DNA of 64,000 nucleotides from Chloroflexota bacterium. Lineage in GTDB: Bacteria; Chloroflexota; Limnocylindria; Limnocylindrales; CSP1-4. Shown here piece after piece: positions 59,746 through 64,000 of this stretch. The notes beneath the pieces are model-generated. The model saw only the letters and a list, made by a program, of their open reading frames with translations. It had not been told where the DNA came from and searched no databases. How positions within the stretch are numbered: position 1 is the stretch's first letter; every line of letters begins with the position of its first letter. Location of the stretch: the NCBI GenBank assembly GCA_005883615.1, contig VBEC01000022.1, positions 433 through 64,432 of the forward strand. Reading direction: 5' to 3'. Both the position numbers and the translations under genes were made by a program.

Positions 59746-60479
59746 GCCTGACTCCCGGACGGTTGAATCGGTCGGAGGGCGAGTGCCCATCGATGGCCGA
59801 ACGGGCCCCGATATCGGGCACTGACCGCGAGGCCGGCGCGAAGAGCGAGGCGCTCCAGCTCAGGCAGCATGTACGCGCGACGGACGGATAGCGGGGCGTC
59901 GTTGCGGGTGAACGGGTTACGCGTGAAGACGTGGACCAGCAGCCACGCTCCCAGGAGGGAGCGCCTGGATCGAACCAGGTCGTTCACGATGACGCCGACC
60001 CTGGCGACCCGGCGCAGCTCGCCGAGGAGAGCCTCCGCAGCCTCTGGCTCGAGATGGTGCAACAGCAGCGAGGCGTGCGCGACGTCGAACGAACCGTCCG
60101 CGAAGGGAAGGCGCAGGCCGTCCCCGACCGTCACTTCGAGGCCTGCCTGCCTGTCGAGGCGAGGGTCCAGCTTTCGGGCCGCGGCGATCACCTCGGTGCG
60201 GCTGTCGGTCGCCGTCACCCGGATCGGCCAACCCTGGCGCGCCCCGTGGTCCAGCATCGCCAGCGGGATGTCCGCTGCCCCTGTCCCCACGTCGAGGACC
60301 TCGAGGATGGCGAGCGGTCCCCGGGTCCGGGCACGCAGATGTTCCAGCGCGCGCAGGCTCAGGCTGGTGCCACCGGCCAGTCGATTGAAGCGGCGCAGAT
60401 CGCGCAGATTTCCGGCGAGCGAGGCCGCATCGTCGAGCGGGCCGTCGAGGCGTTCGGCGGCGTTGGCGAGGCGCTCCAT
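59742..60479 (-). CDS. Class I SAM methyltransferase (polyketide cluster-associated type)
   Basis: E.LD.P...L..NL.DL...N...GG, LDVGTG.AD, LHH, NDL.R, DAPLSVRRAY. Confidence 0.88.
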   Translation of the reverse strand: MERLANAAERLDGPLDDAASLAGNLRDLRRFNRLAGGTSLSLRALEHLRARTRGPLAILEVLDVGTGAADIPLAMLDHGARQGWPIRVTATDSRTEVIAAARKLDPRLDRQAGLEVTVGDGLRLPFADGSFDVAHASLLLHHLEPEAAEALLGELRRVARVGVIVNDLVRSRRSLLGAWLLVHVFTRNPFTRNDAPLSVRRAYMLPELERLALRAGLAVSARYRGPFGHRWALALRPIQPSGSQA

Positions 60480-60659
60480 GGCAGCCCGGTTCCTCGCACG
60501 GCGTGCTGGACGAGCAAAAGGCTACACGACGGTGGCTCTCTGGCCTCTGGAAGTACGGTGCTGCCGAGCCCCGGGAACGCGTCCGATGGCCGTGCCTGCG
60601 GAACCGCGACTGCCGGCCTGGCGTCGGTCGGGGAATCACATCTAGGATGGGCCGGCATC

Positions 60660-61637
60660 ATGACGAGAACCCCGACGATGAGCGCGAGGCGATCGGAACG
60701 ACGGTTCTGGCGTGCCATACCCATCGGCTTCGTGACGATTGGGCTGCTTCTGGCGGGGTGCGTCAGCTCCTCGGGCGCGTCAGGGTCGCCGTCCGCATCT
60801 CCGTCGGCAAATCCGAGTGGCAGCCCGTCCGGCCAGCAGTCAGTGGTGCAGCTGAAGCTTCGCCTGTTGGAGCAATTCGGCTCTCTGTGGTACTGCGATC
60901 CGGACTTCTACCCAGTCGCCCACGGTGACGAGCAGCAGCTGGCGGAGCAGCGACTGCCCGAGATCCAGGGTGACGCCACGACCTTCCAGGCCATCGTGGC
61001 CCACCTGCACCTCGCGAACGGGGCGTCGCTCACGGCCGCGCAGAAACTCGCGGTGTATCGGACGTGGAAGCAGCTCAATGCGATCCAGCTGCAGCAGGTC
61101 GGTGATGCCTATCGGTTCGACATCGTGGTCCGCCGCGATCCTGCTCAGGACAACGGCGAGCGGATCGGCGGGACGATCGCCCAGGACGGCACCGTCACCG
61201 TCGAACAGCGGGCGCCTGCCGGGCCACCGAACTGCCCGATCTGCCTTGCACGGGGCACGTTGATCGACACGCCGAGCGGGCCGGTTTCCGTGGAATCGCT
61301 CGAGGCGGGCATGGCCGTGTGGACGCTGGACGAGAGGGGAGCGCGTATCCAGGGCGTCATCGAGAAGGTTGGCTCGACCCGGGTTCCTCCCACCCACCAG
61401 GTGGTCCACCTCGTGCTGGACGACGGCCGCCAGGTCTGGGTGTCGCCCGGGCATCCGTTGCCCAATGGGCGAACCGTTGGTGAGTTGCGGCCTGGCGACG
61501 GGCTCGACGGGGCGGTCGTGGCGTCGGCGGACCTTGTGGCATACCCGGGCGGCGCAACGTTCGACCTATTGCCCTCCGGGTCGACCGGCGACTACTGGGC
61601 CAACGGCGTCCTCCTCGCGAGCACCCTCGGACGCTAG
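60660..61637 (+). CDS. Lipoprotein with C-terminal Hedgehog-like Hint domain
   Basis: Lipobox LLAGC; Hint from 61242: CLARGT.I.TP.G...VE.L..G..V, S.GHP, TFDL, ANGVLLAS. Confidence 0.85.
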   Translation: MTRTPTMSARRSERRFWRAIPIGFVTIGLLLAGCVSSSGASGSPSASPSANPSGSPSGQQSVVQLKLRLLEQFGSLWYCDPDFYPVAHGDEQQLAEQRLPEIQGDATTFQAIVAHLHLANGASLTAAQKLAVYRTWKQLNAIQLQQVGDAYRFDIVVRRDPAQDNGERIGGTIAQDGTVTVEQRAPAGPPNCPICLARGTLIDTPSGPVSVESLEAGMAVWTLDERGARIQGVIEKVGSTRVPPTHQVVHLVLDDGRQVWVSPGHPLPNGRTVGELRPGDGLDGAVVASADLVAYPGGATFDLLPSGSTGDYWANGVLLASTLGR

Positions 61638-61647
61638 GCTGTTCACC

Positions 61648-62832
61648 CTAGGCCACGAACCCGGCACCGTCGGCGGCGGTGACCGGGAAGACTCGCGGGG
61701 ACAGCCCGGTTCGCCCTGGATAGTCGCGCTCGACTCGTGCCGCCAGCCGATCGACTGCATCGGACCGAACGAGATTGATGGTGCAGCCCCCGAACCCCGC
61801 GCCGGTCATCCGTGCGGCCTCGACGCCGGGTGTCGAAGTGGCGATTTCCACCATGGCGTCGAGGGCGGGCGAGCTGACCTCGAACTGGTCCCTCAGGGAG
61901 GCGTGGCTCTCGGCGAAGGCGTCGGCGACCGCCGGGATATCGTCGGCCTCGAGGGCGGCGACTGCGGCCAGGACGCGACCGTTCTCGGACACGACGTGTC
62001 GGGCGCGGCGTGCCAGCAGCGGGTCGAGGCGCCCGGAGGACTCCGCGCCGGCGAGAACCTCGGGAGTCACGTCGCGCAGGCTGTGGATGCCCGGATCGTC
62101 CCGGGCGAGCGCGGCCACGGCCGCCTCGCATTGCCGACGGCGGACGTTGTACTCGGAGCCGGCGAGCTCGCGCGGTGATCCGGTATCGCACACGACCAGC
62201 CGAAACTCCTCGGGCAGCGGCACGCTTCTCCACTCGAGCGACCGGCAGTCGAGCAGGAGCGCCGATCCAGCGCGGCCACAGGCGACCGCGAACTGGTCCA
62301 TCAGCCCGGACTGAACCCCGACGAACAGGTTCTCCGCGCGCTGGCAGATCCTCGCGAGCTCCAATCCTTCGATGGACTGGGCACCGGGTTCGATGAGCGC
62401 ACGCGCGATCGCCAGCTCGATTGCGGCGGATGACGATAGACCGGCACCCGGCGGCAGGTTCGTCGAGATGGCGCCCCGGATTCCGCGGAGGTTTACGCCG
62501 GCCGCCGCCAGTGCCCAGGCGGTGCCGACCGCATAATCCAGCCATCCCCCCGCTCTGCTCGGTAGGGACTCGAGCTCGAACGATCCGGTCTCGCCGGTGT
62601 CCAACCTGTGCAGGACAACACGGCGGTCCCGGGACGGCACGAGCGCGATCCGGATCTCGCGATCGATCGCGGCCGGCAGGACGAACCCTTCGTTGACATC
62701 GGTGTACTCGCCGATGAGGTTGACGCGACCCGGCGAGCGGACGATCTCGATCGCAGCGGGACTCTCCGCCGCGACGGACTCGAGCTCGATGAGCCTCCGA
62801 CGAAGATCTTCCGACGCCGTCGACCCGCTCAC
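61648..62832 (-). CDS. galK: Galactokinase
   Basis: PGRVNLIGE, P.GAGLSSSAA, G.MDQ, RMTGAGFGG. Confidence 0.92.
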   Translation of the reverse strand: MSGSTASEDLRRRLIELESVAAESPAAIEIVRSPGRVNLIGEYTDVNEGFVLPAAIDREIRIALVPSRDRRVVLHRLDTGETGSFELESLPSRAGGWLDYAVGTAWALAAAGVNLRGIRGAISTNLPPGAGLSSSAAIELAIARALIEPGAQSIEGLELARICQRAENLFVGVQSGLMDQFAVACGRAGSALLLDCRSLEWRSVPLPEEFRLVVCDTGSPRELAGSEYNVRRRQCEAAVAALARDDPGIHSLRDVTPEVLAGAESSGRLDPLLARRARHVVSENGRVLAAVAALEADDIPAVADAFAESHASLRDQFEVSSPALDAMVEIATSTPGVEAARMTGAGFGGCTINLVRSDAVDRLAARVERDYPGRTGLSPRVFPVTAADGAGFVA

Positions 62833-62872
62833 TGGCGGTCGGAGCCCTGCGCGAATCGGCGACCCGCCCGGA

Positions 62873-63982
62873 TCAAGCCGGCCGGCTCGGGCCGTCGTTC
62901 GAGTAGTGAATCGCCGAGATCGTTCTCAGGCGCGCGGCGGCCTCTTCCGGGCTCATGTCGCGCTGTGTCTCGGCCAGGAGCTCGTAGCCCACCATGAACT
63001 TGCGGACACTCGCGGAACGAAGGAGGGGCGGGTAGAAGTGCGCGTGGAGCTGCCAGTGGTCGTGGTTTCCGTCGTCGAAGGGTGCCTGATGCCAGCCCAT
63101 CGAGTACGGGAAAGGCAGCTGGAACAGGTTGTCGTAGCGGGATAGCACCTCGATCAGGGCCACCCCCAGTGATTCGCGTTGACCTTCGTGGAGCTCGGGC
63201 AGGCGCTGAACGGGTCGTTTCGGGATCACCAGGGTCTCGTACGGCCAGAGCGCCCAGAAAGGCACGACAACCAGCCAATCGTCGTCCTCGTGAACGACCC
63301 TGGGCCCGTCGTGCTCCTGGCCGGCGTAGTCGAGAAGCAGCCGATGGCCGGTGGCCTCCCACCACCGCAGCTGGCCCGCGTCCTCCCGGGCAGCTTCGCG
63401 CGGGAGAGCCGTGCCCGCCCAGACCTGCCCGTGCGGGTGAGGGTTGGATGCGCCCATCGTCTCCCCGCGATTCTCGAACACCTGAACCCAGCGATAGTGC
63501 CGCCCCAGGTCCCGTGTCTCAGCGGCCCATACGTCGACGATGCGGCGGACGGCCGCTGGGGACATGCCGGCCATTGTCAGGTTGTGCTGTGGGGAGAAGC
63601 ACAGGACGCGGCACGTTCCCTGCTCGCCTTCGGCGCGCAGCAAACCGTCGTCCAGTCGGGCGGTCGAGGTATCCGGCTGGAGTGCGGCGAAATCGTTGGT
63701 GAAGACGAAGGTATCGGCGTAGGTCGGGTTGATGTTGCCGTTTGCCCGCGTGTTCCCGGGGCACAGGTAGCACTCCGGATCGTAGGCGGGGAGGTCGGCC
63801 GGCGGCCGTGGGTCGCGACGACCCAGCCACGGCCGGTTCGTTCGCTCGGGCGACACCAGGACCCACTCGTCGATAAGCGGGTTGTAGCGCCGGTGGGGCT
63901 GTGACAGCAGCTCGGAGGGCTCGGCAGCGGGGGCGATCGGAGCATCGATCCGAGGAGCGATCTGGGCAGTGGCGGGACCCAC
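62873..63982 (-). CDS. galT: Galactose-1-phosphate uridylyltransferase
   Basis: HRRYNPL..EWVLVS, CYLCPGN.R, FENRG..MG.SNPHPHGQ. Confidence 0.96.
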   Translation of the reverse strand: MGPATAQIAPRIDAPIAPAAEPSELLSQPHRRYNPLIDEWVLVSPERTNRPWLGRRDPRPPADLPAYDPECYLCPGNTRANGNINPTYADTFVFTNDFAALQPDTSTARLDDGLLRAEGEQGTCRVLCFSPQHNLTMAGMSPAAVRRIVDVWAAETRDLGRHYRWVQVFENRGETMGASNPHPHGQVWAGTALPREAAREDAGQLRWWEATGHRLLLDYAGQEHDGPRVVHEDDDWLVVVPFWALWPYETLVIPKRPVQRLPELHEGQRESLGVALIEVLSRYDNLFQLPFPYSMGWHQAPFDDGNHDHWQLHAHFYPPLLRSASVRKFMVGYELLAETQRDMSPEEAAARLRTISAIHYSNDGPSRPA

Positions 63983-64000
63983 GCGCCCACGACGTGGTTT

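Noticed and set aside
61242-61634. Splicing intein or mobile element
   Set aside because: No terminal His-Asn, no meaningful C-extein and no endonuclease domain

Overview
High-GC bacterial chromosomal window with about 60 CDSs; gene content and promoter style suggest a Chloroflexota- or Actinomycetota-like soil organism (inference). No rRNA, tRNA, CRISPR array, integrase or transposase was recognised. Main blocks: (1) a LacI-controlled inositol catabolic operon (iolD-like, iolE, iolG, sugar ABC, iolI, lacI, iolB) ending in an atypical transaldolase-family gene, with no iolC or iolJ in the window; (2) a reductive pyrimidine catabolism neighbourhood (ureidopropionase, Mer-like LLM reductase, dihydropyrimidinase, class III aminotransferase, NMT1-type ABC, upp); (3) housekeeping and stress genes (gltX, pit/DUF47, arsR-arsM, a two-component system, deoC, galKT); (4) a four-gene methyltransferase, FAD-oxidoreductase, SRPBCC cyclase and ketosynthase cluster; (5) a lipoprotein with a Hedgehog-like Hint domain. 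Best novelty candidates: a kinase-free, transaldolase-type inositol route; several intact genes with substituted catalytic residues (ligase-like, Lgt-like, class 3 asparaginase-like); a 6S-like RNA; a second structured RNA candidate; a 21-aa Lys-rich small ORF; and tandem repeats anchored on stop codons. All calls come from reading motifs by eye; no searches were run, and many start codons are best estimates.
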